DNA of 24,000 nt from Peptococcaceae bacterium. Lineage in GTDB: Bacteria > Bacillota > Peptococcia > Peptococcales > Peptococcaceae. The DNA lies in NCBI GenBank assembly GCA_017399005.1, contig JAFQEO010000039.1, positions 376 to 24,375 on the forward strand, read 5' to 3'. Positions 6,312 through 15,118 of the stretch are shown piece by piece. Numbering within the stretch: the stretch's first letter is position 1; every line of letters starts with the position of its first letter. Position numbers and translations under genes: made by a program. The notes under the pieces are model-generated. The model was given only the letters and a program-made list of their open reading frames with translations, did not search any database and had not been told where the DNA came from.

Positions 6312-6419
6312 AAAATCACCCCTGCTGTCGGTTTTGTTTGCTCTCATTATAGCAGACAGGCGGTTTTTAAGCTATCACTTACGGGTTGCAATTCCGCAAC
6401 AAGAGGTTACATCGGGTAG

Positions 6420-7712
6420 TTACACGCTAAACCATTCCTCTTTGTATCGCTTATCCAGATAGTTTTTCAGCATCCAGACGATGGCAAAGGCCAGAACAAA
6501 CAATGCCAGATAGACTTTCCAGATTAGCATATAGCTCCCGGTGGCATCGAATACCAACCCGGATAAGAATGGCCCGAAGGATGCACCAATGGTATAGGCA
6601 ATGGTGGTAAGGCTTAAAATATCGGCATAATCACGCTGGCCGAAAAATCCGCTGACAATCTGCGGCATTCCTACGCTGGTGAAAATGCTGCCGCAGCTGT
6701 AGCAAAGCGCAAACAACAATGCCAGAAACGGTGCATCGGCCAGAAGCAGACAAACCATAGCCAGTATAAAGGTTCCAGCCATAAACAGTATCCCTGCACG
6801 GGTACCTCTGGCATCACACACCATACCCAGCACGATTTTGGCAACTACAATACAAACAGCCTCAAACGAGAACACAAAGGCAATAAACCCTGCCGTATGG
6901 CCAATGTCTGTCAGATAAGCCGCAATATGCATGTGCACCCCGCCGATTACCAGCGACCAGATGCAGATAGCAGCCAGAAACAGCCAGAAATAGCTTTTTG
7001 TACGAATATCACCGAGTTTGGCCCCGGGTGCCGGTGTTTCTGTTCTGTTATCTTCTATACTATCCTCAATATCCTCGATATTCTTCTGTTTTGTTTTTCG
7101 TCCCCGATATGGTTCCGCACCGCGTTCTGCAGGATCGCGATACGCAAACATCCAGGTAAGCGGCAGACAGAAGATTGCAATCAAAGCCCCCATTGCCACA
7201 TAACTGAACTGCCAGCCGAACCGGGCTAAAAGTGCCGTCAGCACCGGTGACAGAATCGCCATCCCGAACCCGCTTCCGGTAAAGGCAATCCCCATTGCCA
7301 GCCCCTTACGGTCGATAAACCAGTTATTGATTAACAGCGACCCTACCATCTGCGTACATCCGGCTGTGCCGATACCTACAATAGCTGCAATAATATAAAA
7401 GTGCCACGGTGCACGGGCCAGTGAATAGGATGCAAAGCCCCCGGCCACTAACAGGACACATACGCCCACCACATACCGCGCTGGATACTTTTTCAGCATT
7501 TTTGTAACTACAGGCAGAGCAAAGGCCACTGCCACACCCGAAATAGTAAACAGGAGTGAAAATGCGCTGCGTTCCATGCCAAGCCCCTCGGTTACCGGCA
7601 CCAGAAACATACTGTGCAGATTCTTAATAACGGCAAAGTTAAAAAACATCAATATAAAACAGTAAAACACAATTCCAAAGCAAAACAAACTCTGCTGTTT
7701 CTGTTGTTTCAT
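6420..7712 (-). CDS. MFS transporter (12-TMS; MCT/oxalate-formate-antiporter-like), paralogue 1
   Basis: The 430-aa hydrophobic product has loop motif NNWFIDRKGLAMGIAFTGSGFG, typical of the OFA/MCT-like MFS subfamily. GGGGAGGAAA SD is present. It lies 26 nt downstream of its paralogue. Confidence 0.85.
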   Translation of the reverse strand: MKQQKQQSLFCFGIVFYCFILMFFNFAVIKNLHSMFLVPVTEGLGMERSAFSLLFTISGVAVAFALPVVTKMLKKYPARYVVGVCVLLVAGGFASYSLARAPWHFYIIAAIVGIGTAGCTQMVGSLLINNWFIDRKGLAMGIAFTGSGFGMAILSPVLTALLARFGWQFSYVAMGALIAIFCLPLTWMFAYRDPAERGAEPYRGRKTKQKNIEDIEDSIEDNRTETPAPGAKLGDIRTKSYFWLFLAAICIWSLVIGGVHMHIAAYLTDIGHTAGFIAFVFSFEAVCIVVAKIVLGMVCDARGTRAGILFMAGTFILAMVCLLLADAPFLALLFALCYSCGSIFTSVGMPQIVSGFFGQRDYADILSLTTIAYTIGASFGPFLSGLVFDATGSYMLIWKVYLALFVLAFAIVWMLKNYLDKRYKEEWFSV

Positions 7713-7738
7713 GTTGTTTCCTCCCCGGAATCCTGCAT

Positions 7739-9007
7739 TTATTCTTGCATTTCAGAGCAGAACCACAGACTGTTATACCGCTTGTCCAGATGACTTTTCA
7801 CAAGCCACAGCAGAACTGCCGATACGCTAAACAGCACCAGATACACCATCCAGATGATACGGTAACTGCCCAGGGCATCAAAGGCCATCCCGGAAACAAA
7901 CGGCCCGAAGGAAGCGCCCAGAATATACGCCATGTTCACAATTCCCAGAATATCGGCATAACTTTTCTGCCCGAAGAAACCGCCAATTAACGATGGTATC
8001 CCAACGCTGGAAAACGAAATCCCGCAACCGTAGGAAACCGCAAACAGTACTGCCAGAACCGGCTGTTCTGCCATCAGAAGAAGTACCAGCCCCAGTGCAA
8101 AGGTGCCGGCCATAAAAAGCAGCCCTGCTTTGCTGCCTTTGGCATCAAAAATCATACCGGCTGCAATTTTCCCGATTATTAGGCTCACAGCCTCTACCGA
8201 ATACACCATTGCCACAAACTGTGCCGTATGCCCCACATCGGTCAAATAAGCCGGAAAATGAGAATGTATGCCGCCAATAGCAAAAGACCATCCCGCCATA
8301 CCAATCAGAAACATCCAGAAGAACCCTTTGCCGCGAATTGCCTTCAGTTCCGGCCCCTCCGGTTTGCTTATTTCAGTGGTGTTTTCTGTTTCTTTGCCAG
8401 AGCCGTCCCTGTAAGGCCGGGCGTTTTTCTCCGCCGGGCTGACAGCAGCCAGAAGCAGCGTTAGTGGAATACATACCGCCAGCATAACAATCCCGCAGAG
8501 CAGATAAGCCGTGCGCCACCCGTAAACGGTAATCAGATGGGTAACCACCGGTGAAAGCAGAGCAGCCCCAAAGCCGCTGCCGGTGAGGCCAATCCCCAGC
8601 GCCAGCCCTTTGCGGTCTTCAAACCAGTTATTGATTAACAGCGATGCCACCATCAGGGTGCATCCAGAGTTGCCGGCGCCCATTACAACGGCAATGGCAA
8701 AAAACTGCCAGAGTTCTGTTGCCTGTGAGAACATCGCAAAGCCCCCGCCAGACATCAGGATAGATACCGAAACAACAATCCGTGCAGGATATTTCTGCAG
8801 CAGTTTTGTCACCACCGGCAGCGAAGCCACCCCGGAAAGGCCGCTTATGGTAAACATCAGCGAAAAGGCGCTGCGCTCCATGCCCAGCCCTTCCGTCACC
8901 GGAACCAGAAACAGACTGTGCAGACTTCCCACAATGGTCTGCATCAGAAACATCAATATAAAGCTATAACCAACGATACTGAAACACCGCAATGTATTCT
9001 TTGTCAT
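7739..9007 (-). CDS. MFS transporter (12-TMS; MCT/oxalate-formate-antiporter-like), paralogue 2
   Basis: ORF 7739..9061. The start is placed at ATG 9007 (MTKNTLRCFSIVGYSF...), preceded by AAGGAG at 8-nt spacing. It aligns with the downstream paralogue along its whole length (e.g. LHSLFLVPVTEGLGMERSAFSLMFTISG vs LHSMFLVPVTEGLGMERSAFSLLFTISG). Confidence 0.85.
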   Translation of the reverse strand: MTKNTLRCFSIVGYSFILMFLMQTIVGSLHSLFLVPVTEGLGMERSAFSLMFTISGLSGVASLPVVTKLLQKYPARIVVSVSILMSGGGFAMFSQATELWQFFAIAVVMGAGNSGCTLMVASLLINNWFEDRKGLALGIGLTGSGFGAALLSPVVTHLITVYGWRTAYLLCGIVMLAVCIPLTLLLAAVSPAEKNARPYRDGSGKETENTTEISKPEGPELKAIRGKGFFWMFLIGMAGWSFAIGGIHSHFPAYLTDVGHTAQFVAMVYSVEAVSLIIGKIAAGMIFDAKGSKAGLLFMAGTFALGLVLLLMAEQPVLAVLFAVSYGCGISFSSVGIPSLIGGFFGQKSYADILGIVNMAYILGASFGPFVSGMAFDALGSYRIIWMVYLVLFSVSAVLLWLVKSHLDKRYNSLWFCSEMQE

Positions 9008-9070
9008 TCTAAAATCTCCTTGTAAACCGTTTCTCATTTTTATCATTTTCATAATCTTCATTTATTATTA

Positions 9071-9099
9071 ATGATAGCATGCCCGATTTATACATACAA
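9071..9099 (-). promoter_or_regulatory. Possible promoter of the tandem MFS operon (TTGTAT-17-TATCAT)
   Basis: On the minus strand, -35 TTGTAT is at 9099..9094, followed by a 17-nt spacer and -10 TATCAT at 9076..9071. This is consistent with the ATG 9007 start rather than 9061. Confidence 0.4.
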
Positions 9100-9157
9100 A
9101 TATCATTTTCACGCCGCATATCAGGATATTCATTTATATTTTATTATTGAACATAAA

Positions 9158-9189
9158 ACAGGCGCTGTCCGGTAATGGATAGCGCCTGT
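9158..9189 (-). terminator. Intrinsic terminator after pgi (bidirectional hairpin)
   Basis: Stem ACAGGCGCT (9158-9166) pairs with AGCGCCTGT (9181-9189). TTTTATG follows on the minus strand and GTCGTTTTT on the plus strand. Confidence 0.7.
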
Positions 9190-9196
9190 GTCGTTT

Positions 9197-10486
9197 TTAT
9201 TCCACTTCTTCTGCGTCTACAGTGTCATTTTTCAAAAAGGTTAAGAGTTTTTCTTTGTAGCGTTCTACGCCCGGCTGTACGAACGGGTCTAAATCGCTCA
9301 GCATGCAGCTTACGGCGCAGGCTTTTTCAAAGAAGTACACCATTTTCCCGAAGGAGTATGCGGAGATTTCCGGCAGGGTAATTACGATGTTTGGTGTGCC
9401 GTTTTCCAGATGGGCTTCTTTTACGCTTTCACGCACCAGCTGGTTCATCTGGTGCAGGGTTTTGGCATGGTCGGTAATGCCGTCCGGCAGCATGATATCG
9501 TAGGTAACGTCCTCGATGATGACTGCGGTTTCAAAGAAGTCCTGACGGCCTTCCTGCAGGAACTGGCCTAAGGAGTGCAGATCGGTAGACATCTGCATGG
9601 ATACCGGGAATACACCCTGGCCGTTCTGGCATTCGCTTTCACCGAAGAGCTGTTTCATCCATTCGGTGAAGTAGCGCAGTTTGCCATCGTATACTTCAAA
9701 TACCTCCATGCGTTTGTCCTGCTGTTCTTTTAACAGATGGCGGGTCAGCGCATAGCGGTAGCAGTCGTTGGTGGTTAAATCCGGATCTGCGGTGGCAGCC
9801 TGTGCCTGACGGGCACCCTGCAGCACTGCCTCTAAATCGATACCGGCTACGGCAATCGGCAGTAACCCAACCGGTGTTAATACGGAGAAGCGGCCTACGA
9901 TGTCATCAGGCACATCAAATGTGGTGTAGCCTTTTTCGTTGGCTTCATCGCGCAGTTTGCCTTTGCTTCCGGTTACCACATAGATGCGTTCGTTTGCTTC
10001 GTCGCCGTATTTCTCTTCCATGAATTTTTTGAACATCTCAAATACAATCATCGGTTCCAGAGTGTTGCCGGAACGGGAAATCACACAAACGGCAACTTCC
10101 TCTTTGCGTAAACGATGGAACAGTTCATGGTAGTACACGCTGCTTAAATGGTGGCCTGCAAAATAGATTTTCGGCAGGTTGCGTTCTTTTGCAAAGAATT
10201 CGTTATAAAACGGAGACTGTAATAATTCCAGACATGCTTTAGCACCTAAGTAAGAGCCGCCCACACCGATTACCACAAAAGCTGTGCACTGTTTCTGGAT
10301 TCTCCATGCAGTGGTCATAATCTGCCATACTAAATCGCCTTCCACAGCCGACGGATAATCCACCCAGCCGGTGAAACCGTTTTTGCCGCTGTGCAGTTCT
10401 TCGTGAATAGCATTTACCTTTTCCTGATACTGAGCCACTGGCAGTTCGGCAATGGCCTGAGAAACATCTACTCTGATTTCAGACAT
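9197..10486 (-). CDS. pgi: Glucose-6-phosphate isomerase
   Basis: The 429-aa product has the Firmicute-type short Pgi layout. Motifs include VVIGVGGSYLGAKA and VISRSGNTLEP (SIS domain), and FDVPDDIVGRFSVLTPVGLLPIAVAG. AAAGGAG SD is present. Confidence 0.9.
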   Translation of the reverse strand: MSEIRVDVSQAIAELPVAQYQEKVNAIHEELHSGKNGFTGWVDYPSAVEGDLVWQIMTTAWRIQKQCTAFVVIGVGGSYLGAKACLELLQSPFYNEFFAKERNLPKIYFAGHHLSSVYYHELFHRLRKEEVAVCVISRSGNTLEPMIVFEMFKKFMEEKYGDEANERIYVVTGSKGKLRDEANEKGYTTFDVPDDIVGRFSVLTPVGLLPIAVAGIDLEAVLQGARQAQAATADPDLTTNDCYRYALTRHLLKEQQDKRMEVFEVYDGKLRYFTEWMKQLFGESECQNGQGVFPVSMQMSTDLHSLGQFLQEGRQDFFETAVIIEDVTYDIMLPDGITDHAKTLHQMNQLVRESVKEAHLENGTPNIVITLPEISAYSFGKMVYFFEKACAVSCMLSDLDPFVQPGVERYKEKLLTFLKNDTVDAEEVE

Positions 10487-10517
10487 AATAATCGCTCCTT
10501 TGTATATGAATTCCTAA

Positions 10518-11525
10518 TTAATAGCCCTGCGGATTCTGCCGCTGCCAGTTCCAGGCATCCCGGCACATATCCTCAATGGTGCGGGTGGCTTTCCAGCCCA
10601 TCTCCCGCTCTGCTTTGGACGCATCGGCATAAAACTCGGCAATATCGCCTGCCCGACGGTCATAGATTTTATATGGAATGGTCAAATCGTTGGCTTTTTC
10701 AAAGGCATGTACCAGCTGTAATACGCTGACACCGCTGCCGGTGCCCAGATTATAAATCAGTACACCTTTCTCCTCGCACAGTTTTTCCAGTGCTTTCACA
10801 TGGCCGATGGCCAGGTCCATTACATGAATGTAATCGCGCACCCCGCTGCCGTCCACAGTTGGGTAATCGTTGCCCCACACGCGCAGATGGTCCCGCTTGC
10901 CGCTTGCCACCTGGGTAATGTACGGCATCAGATTATTCGGGATACCCTGCGGGTCTTCACCGATACGGCCGCTTTCATGGGCCCCGATTGGATTAAAATA
11001 ACGCAGCAGCGCAACGGACCAGTCTGGCTCCACATTGGCAACATCTTTCAAGATGCGCTCACTCATCACTTTGGTTTCCCCGTACGGATTGGTGGTTGGC
11101 AGTAAATCCATGGTTTCCACAAACGGGATGGCATTTTCGCCGTATACCGTTGCGGAAGAGCTGAACACAAATTTATTCACGCCGTGGCGTTTCATCACAT
11201 TGCATAAGGTTAATGTGCTAACCACATTGTTATAGTAATAGCGTACCGGCTGCTCCACCGATTCGCCCACCGCTTTCAGCCCGGCAAAATGAATCACGCC
11301 GTCAATCTGCTGCTCGGTGAAGATGTTTTCTACTGCCGCCTCGTCGGTGACATCCACCTGATAAAAGGTAATCGGTTTACCGGTCAGTTCCTGCACACGG
11401 CGCAGCGATTCCTCCTTGCTGTTGCACAGATTATCAGCCACCACAACCTCGTGCCCTGCCTCCAGCAGAACCAGACAGGTGTGGCTCCCGATGTATCCGG
11501 CACCGCCTGCTACTAAAATACGCAT
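10518..11525 (-). CDS. galE: UDP-glucose 4-epimerase
   Basis: The 335-aa product starts MRILVAGGAGYIGSH (Rossmann GxxGxxG). It carries the YGETK catalytic Y-x3-K context and the LRYFNPIGAH and DGSGVRDYIHVMDLA blocks typical of GalE. Confidence 0.92.
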   Translation of the reverse strand: MRILVAGGAGYIGSHTCLVLLEAGHEVVVADNLCNSKEESLRRVQELTGKPITFYQVDVTDEAAVENIFTEQQIDGVIHFAGLKAVGESVEQPVRYYYNNVVSTLTLCNVMKRHGVNKFVFSSSATVYGENAIPFVETMDLLPTTNPYGETKVMSERILKDVANVEPDWSVALLRYFNPIGAHESGRIGEDPQGIPNNLMPYITQVASGKRDHLRVWGNDYPTVDGSGVRDYIHVMDLAIGHVKALEKLCEEKGVLIYNLGTGSGVSVLQLVHAFEKANDLTIPYKIYDRRAGDIAEFYADASKAEREMGWKATRTIEDMCRDAWNWQRQNPQGY

Positions 11526-11710
11526 CTATCAAAACCCTCTTTCTGACAGGATTATTATCACTACCTTATTATTTTATCACACTTTAAAGCCCTGTCCAAC
11601 AGGATTTCCGCCAGTCTGAAAGATTTTGCCAGAATTTAAGAAAATCTTTGCAGAATCATAACAAATCCATCAAAACTTTATGCTACAATATACCTGTTCC
11701 TTACAGGACT

Positions 11711-11740
11711 TTGACAAGAAATGATGAAATCCTGTATAAA
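11711..11740 (+). promoter_or_regulatory. Promoter of the Cthe_2159-like gene (TTGACA-18-TATAAA)
   Basis: A consensus -35 TTGACA is at 11711-11716, followed by an 18-nt spacer and -10 TATAAA at 11735-11740. It is flanked by and overlaps CCTGT/ACAGG dyad elements. Confidence 0.5.
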
Positions 11741-11768
11741 CCATAAAACAGAAACGAGGTATGAAGTT

Positions 11769-13268
11769 ATGAAAAAAAGATATGCATTATCCGCGGCACT
11801 GATTGCCGGATTGCTCTGTTTTGGATGCAGCAGTGCGGACAGCGGCACTATTAAAATTGCCCTGAGCAATGAAGCAGTTACCATAGGTGACAAGGCCGTT
11901 CAAACTCTTACCGAGGGCAGCAGCCGTGCGGTTTACAGCTCATCCATCGTGGAAACCCATGAGGATGTGGCTGCGGAATACAAAGATACCGAAAATACAA
12001 TTATTCATATCACCCAGGCCGGTGATTACGAATTCACAGGCACCATGGACAATGTGCAGATTCGTGTAAATGCTCCAGAACAGGAAGTGAATCTGATTTT
12101 AAACGGTGTGGAACTCTCAAACCACACTGCACCTGCTATTTATATTGAAAATGCAGCCGACCGTAAAACAGCCGGGGAAGCCGGGGCAAGAATCACGCTG
12201 GCGGAAGGCAGCACCAATATCATAAACGGCTCTCATGTGGCTGAATACACCGATGAAAACGGTGTGGAAATTGATAACGACGGAGCCGTCTCGTCCAATG
12301 TATCGCTGCTGATTGACGGCACCGGCACATTACAGGTAACCGGTGATAAAGAGGGTATTGAATCCAAAATGCATCTCACCATTAATGGCGGCACCATCCA
12401 GATTGCATCCAGCGATGATGCGCTCAATGCCAGTGAGGACAGTGTATCCACCATCACCATCAATGACGGCATCATCAACTGCGCTATTGCAAACGGTTCC
12501 GAAGGAGACGGCATTGACTCCAACGGCTATATTTATGTAAACGGCGGATTTGTTGTGGCACAGGCCCACAGTTCCAGTCAGGACAGCGGCCTGGATGCGG
12601 ATTTAGGCATTATCATCAATGGCGGCACCGTATGTGCCACCGGCAATATGTATGAGGAAATCTCTGATGAATCGGCACAGCAGCATGCACAGTTCTATTT
12701 TGCAGAAAAGCAGAAAGGCAATGTGCCAATGGTTATCACCGACACCGACGGCAATTATGTACTGGCTTATACACCAGTCAACGATTTCAGTATTCTGGAA
12801 TTCTCCTCTGCTGATTTAGCGGATGGCCAGACCTATTATCTGTATAGTGGGGGCAATCTGACCGGCTCGGTAACCAACGGTATCTACACCGAGGTAGAAA
12901 GTTACACCGGCGGCATCCAGCTGGCTCACAGAGGCATTATGCAGGGCGGCGGTCGTCCGCAGATGCCAGCCGGAGAAATGCCGGAAGGCTTTGATCCATC
13001 TCAGATGCAGCGCCCGGAAGGTCAGAACCCGCCGGAAAGACCGGAAGACAGCCAGAGACCAGAACGTCCACAAAACCAGATGCCGGAAGGCTTTGACCCT
13101 GAAAATCTGCCGGCACCTCCGGAAGGATTCGACCCGTCTCAAATGCAGGGTGGTTTCCCGGGCGGCAAAGCGAATTTTGATAAAAATACTCCGCAATCCG
13201 TTGAATTTACCGTTAGTGCAGACAGCCGCGTATATCACGGCATCGCACCATACACCGAAACCGAATAA
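11769..13268 (+). CDS. Secreted/lipid-anchored carbohydrate-binding beta-helix protein (Cthe_2159-like family) with Pro-rich repeat tail
   Basis: ORF 11721..13268. The start is placed at ATG 11769 (MKKRYALSAALIAGLLCFGCSS, signal peptide with a Cys lipobox-like site) with GAGG 9 nt upstream. Repeated 'I.INGG...I....DGIDSNG / DDALNA' turns resemble the Cthe_2159 (PF14262-type, from memory) family. The C-terminus carries MPEGFDPSQMQ-type repeats. Confidence 0.7.
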   Translation: MKKRYALSAALIAGLLCFGCSSADSGTIKIALSNEAVTIGDKAVQTLTEGSSRAVYSSSIVETHEDVAAEYKDTENTIIHITQAGDYEFTGTMDNVQIRVNAPEQEVNLILNGVELSNHTAPAIYIENAADRKTAGEAGARITLAEGSTNIINGSHVAEYTDENGVEIDNDGAVSSNVSLLIDGTGTLQVTGDKEGIESKMHLTINGGTIQIASSDDALNASEDSVSTITINDGIINCAIANGSEGDGIDSNGYIYVNGGFVVAQAHSSSQDSGLDADLGIIINGGTVCATGNMYEEISDESAQQHAQFYFAEKQKGNVPMVITDTDGNYVLAYTPVNDFSILEFSSADLADGQTYYLYSGGNLTGSVTNGIYTEVESYTGGIQLAHRGIMQGGGRPQMPAGEMPEGFDPSQMQRPEGQNPPERPEDSQRPERPQNQMPEGFDPENLPAPPEGFDPSQMQGGFPGGKANFDKNTPQSVEFTVSADSRVYHGIAPYTETE

Positions 13269-13277
13269 CATAGCAAA

Positions 13278-13312
13278 AGCCAGCCGAAATCAATCGGCTG
13301 GCTTCTGTTTTA
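13278..13312 (+). terminator. Intrinsic terminator
   Basis: Stem AGCCAGCCGA (13278-13287) pairs with TCGGCTGGCT (13294-13303) and is followed by TCTGTTTTA. Confidence 0.75.
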
Positions 13313-13433
13313 TACAGATTATCCGGCAGGCGTCGCCGCTCCTGCATCTCTTTTGACCACTAGGGTGTGTGGTTGCAACGAAATTTACCACCTCAGATAA
13401 TCTCCTTACAATTATATACTAATTATATTCTGC

Positions 13434-13811
13434 TTATTCCTTTTTGTAAAGAACCTGTTTATTACGCAGATAGTTCTGTAACCGTTTTTCGCTAATCCGC
13501 CAACATGAAATAACAGAATTCTTATATGTTATATTATCTTGTGAAGTGCAAATACGCAAAACAAGCTGTAAGTATTCATTCTCCAACTCAATCCTTTTAA
13601 ACACCAGCCCCGAATTTTTGTGTTTGTCAGCAATAATGTAATCCGGAGATTCTATCGCCAGTTTTAAATATTGAATAATATCAGGATATGTCTCAGGATG
13701 TCGTTCTAAAATATGCTGCAGTTGATTATCCGTTAAAATCACTTCATCTGTCGCTACATCGTCTGTTATGCATTTATAAATTTTTCGGTCAATCTTCCCG
13801 AGTTGATACAA
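13434..13811 (-). CDS. Small hypothetical protein, possible PBECR-type (Barnase/EndoU/ColicinE5-D/RelE-like) nuclease-fold protein of mobile-element origin
   Basis: The 125-aa product has an apparent TTG start at 13811 with AGGAGA 10 nt upstream, and no in-frame ATG is available. From memory, the motif 'VILTDNQLQHILERHPETY' resembles the 'xLTxERxxHIxxRHP' N-terminal signature of small phage/ICE-borne PBECR-family proteins. The region is low in GC. Confidence 0.5.
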   Translation of the reverse strand: MYQLGKIDRKIYKCITDDVATDEVILTDNQLQHILERHPETYPDIIQYLKLAIESPDYIIADKHKNSGLVFKRIELENEYLQLVLRICTSQDNITYKNSVISCWRISEKRLQNYLRNKQVLYKKE

Positions 13812-13887
13812 TAGGATAACATCTCCTCATACAAGTTACCATTATTATATCACTTTTGGGAATATTTTCAATGCTTTTTCAGTATTA

Positions 13888-14712
13888 TTATTCCTCCTGT
13901 TCTGGTATTGCCCACGGCTGCATAATATCTGCAAGTTTTTCATACTTCCATGTATAAATGCTGCTGGAATCCTCTCGCAGTGTTCCCTGCGGATAAATAA
14001 TATGCAGTGCATCCGGGAACCAGACAAGATACTCCAACGAAAACAGAGCTTTCATTTCGTCACGCATGGTTTCTTGCCCAGGAGGGAGTTTATTCAACAA
14101 AGCATCGCAGATTCCCTCTTTCGGAATGATAAACATATCTGTTGAGGGAATCACATCCCCCGTTATGCGGTCAAATGCTGCACACAAATACAAATCCGTT
14201 CCCGTATTCGCTTCTACATCAACTGGAATATACACGGAAGTAAGAAACCACATCACTTTGTCATTAGACGCTGCAGGAGCTACAGACTGATCCACAAAGG
14301 CTTTAGAATATCCTTTTCCTTGTTTCTGCAGAGTCAGATATCCAGAATATCTTTTCTCCAGTTCTTCACCAATGTCATAAAGAATCCCCTTCTTTACATA
14401 ATATGTCTTCACGTTTTTCTGAGCCTCTGCGGTTAAGTCATCAAAGCTCTCCTGTCCGCCAACGTACACGTTCTCCGGGCTGATACTGCATCGTTCTCTC
14501 AATAATTCTGTTCCATCCGCAAGCCGGTAATAATTTGTATCACCCCATTCATCGTTCCATAAATCCACACAGGTTCCATCTGTTAACGTATAGATATTTT
14601 CCTGCACCAGATGATATTCTATTTCCGGTTCTTCAAGTTTTGGATATTCGCATCCAGTAAACAGCAGCATTGAAAATAAAAGCAGCATCCATAACAGTTT
14701 TCGTTTCATCAT
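13888..14712 (-). CDS. Lipoprotein, function unknown
   Basis: The 274-aa product has signal peptide MMKRKLLWMLLLFSMLLFTGC with lipobox LFTGC. Its start overlaps the stop of the upstream gene (ATGATGA), which implies translational coupling. GC content is low. Confidence 0.75.
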   Translation of the reverse strand: MMKRKLLWMLLLFSMLLFTGCEYPKLEEPEIEYHLVQENIYTLTDGTCVDLWNDEWGDTNYYRLADGTELLRERCSISPENVYVGGQESFDDLTAEAQKNVKTYYVKKGILYDIGEELEKRYSGYLTLQKQGKGYSKAFVDQSVAPAASNDKVMWFLTSVYIPVDVEANTGTDLYLCAAFDRITGDVIPSTDMFIIPKEGICDALLNKLPPGQETMRDEMKALFSLEYLVWFPDALHIIYPQGTLREDSSSIYTWKYEKLADIMQPWAIPEQEE

Positions 14713-15014
14713 AGCACCTCTTTTCTATAGAATCCACCTTCCCAGTCCCAGAACACATAAATGTAATCTCCATCATTATCACCCTTCACAGAATAAACCC
14801 GCATTGTTATATGACTGTTTTCCACTTTTCCAAGATAGGTTCCGCGGTCTTTACGGCTAAAATCCGTGAAAAGGTCTCTTTCATAAACTACATCATTGAT
14901 TGTGATACGTTCATTTTCTAATCCGCTGACGGTTCCTATAACTTTATTATTGCTATAGTACATCACTCCCGCCAGACAAATCAGCAGAACAAAAAACGCA
15001 AGCACTTTTTTCAT
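14709..15014 (-). CDS. Small N-terminally membrane-anchored protein, function unknown
   Basis: ORF 14709..15035. The start is placed at ATG 15014 (MKKVLAFFVLLICLAGVMYYSNNK...), preceded by GGGAGGG. It has a single N-terminal TM/signal anchor. Confidence 0.7.
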   Translation of the reverse strand: MKKVLAFFVLLICLAGVMYYSNNKVIGTVSGLENERITINDVVYERDLFTDFSRKDRGTYLGKVENSHITMRVYSVKGDNDGDYIYVFWDWEGGFYRKEVL

Positions 15015-15092
15015 AAGACACCCTCCCGGAACCATTGTATGTTGCCACTTTGAATATCAGCTGATATTTCTACAAATTCAGTATAACATAAA

Positions 15093-15118
15093 AAGGACTT
15101 TCGCGCACGAAAGTCCTT
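15093..15118 (-). terminator. Intrinsic terminator of the transketolase operon
   Basis: Stem AAGGACTTTCG (15093-15103) pairs with CGAAAGTCCTT (15108-15118) across a 4-nt loop. TTTTATG follows on the minus strand. Confidence 0.75.

Noticed and set aside
12816-13356. Long ORFs (151 aa minus; 121 aa plus in another frame) over the 3' end of the Cthe_2159-like gene
   Set aside because: They are Arg/Lys-rich translations of the Pro/Glu repeat DNA in wrong frames or on the wrong strand, and they cross the terminator hairpin. They are artefacts of repeat composition.
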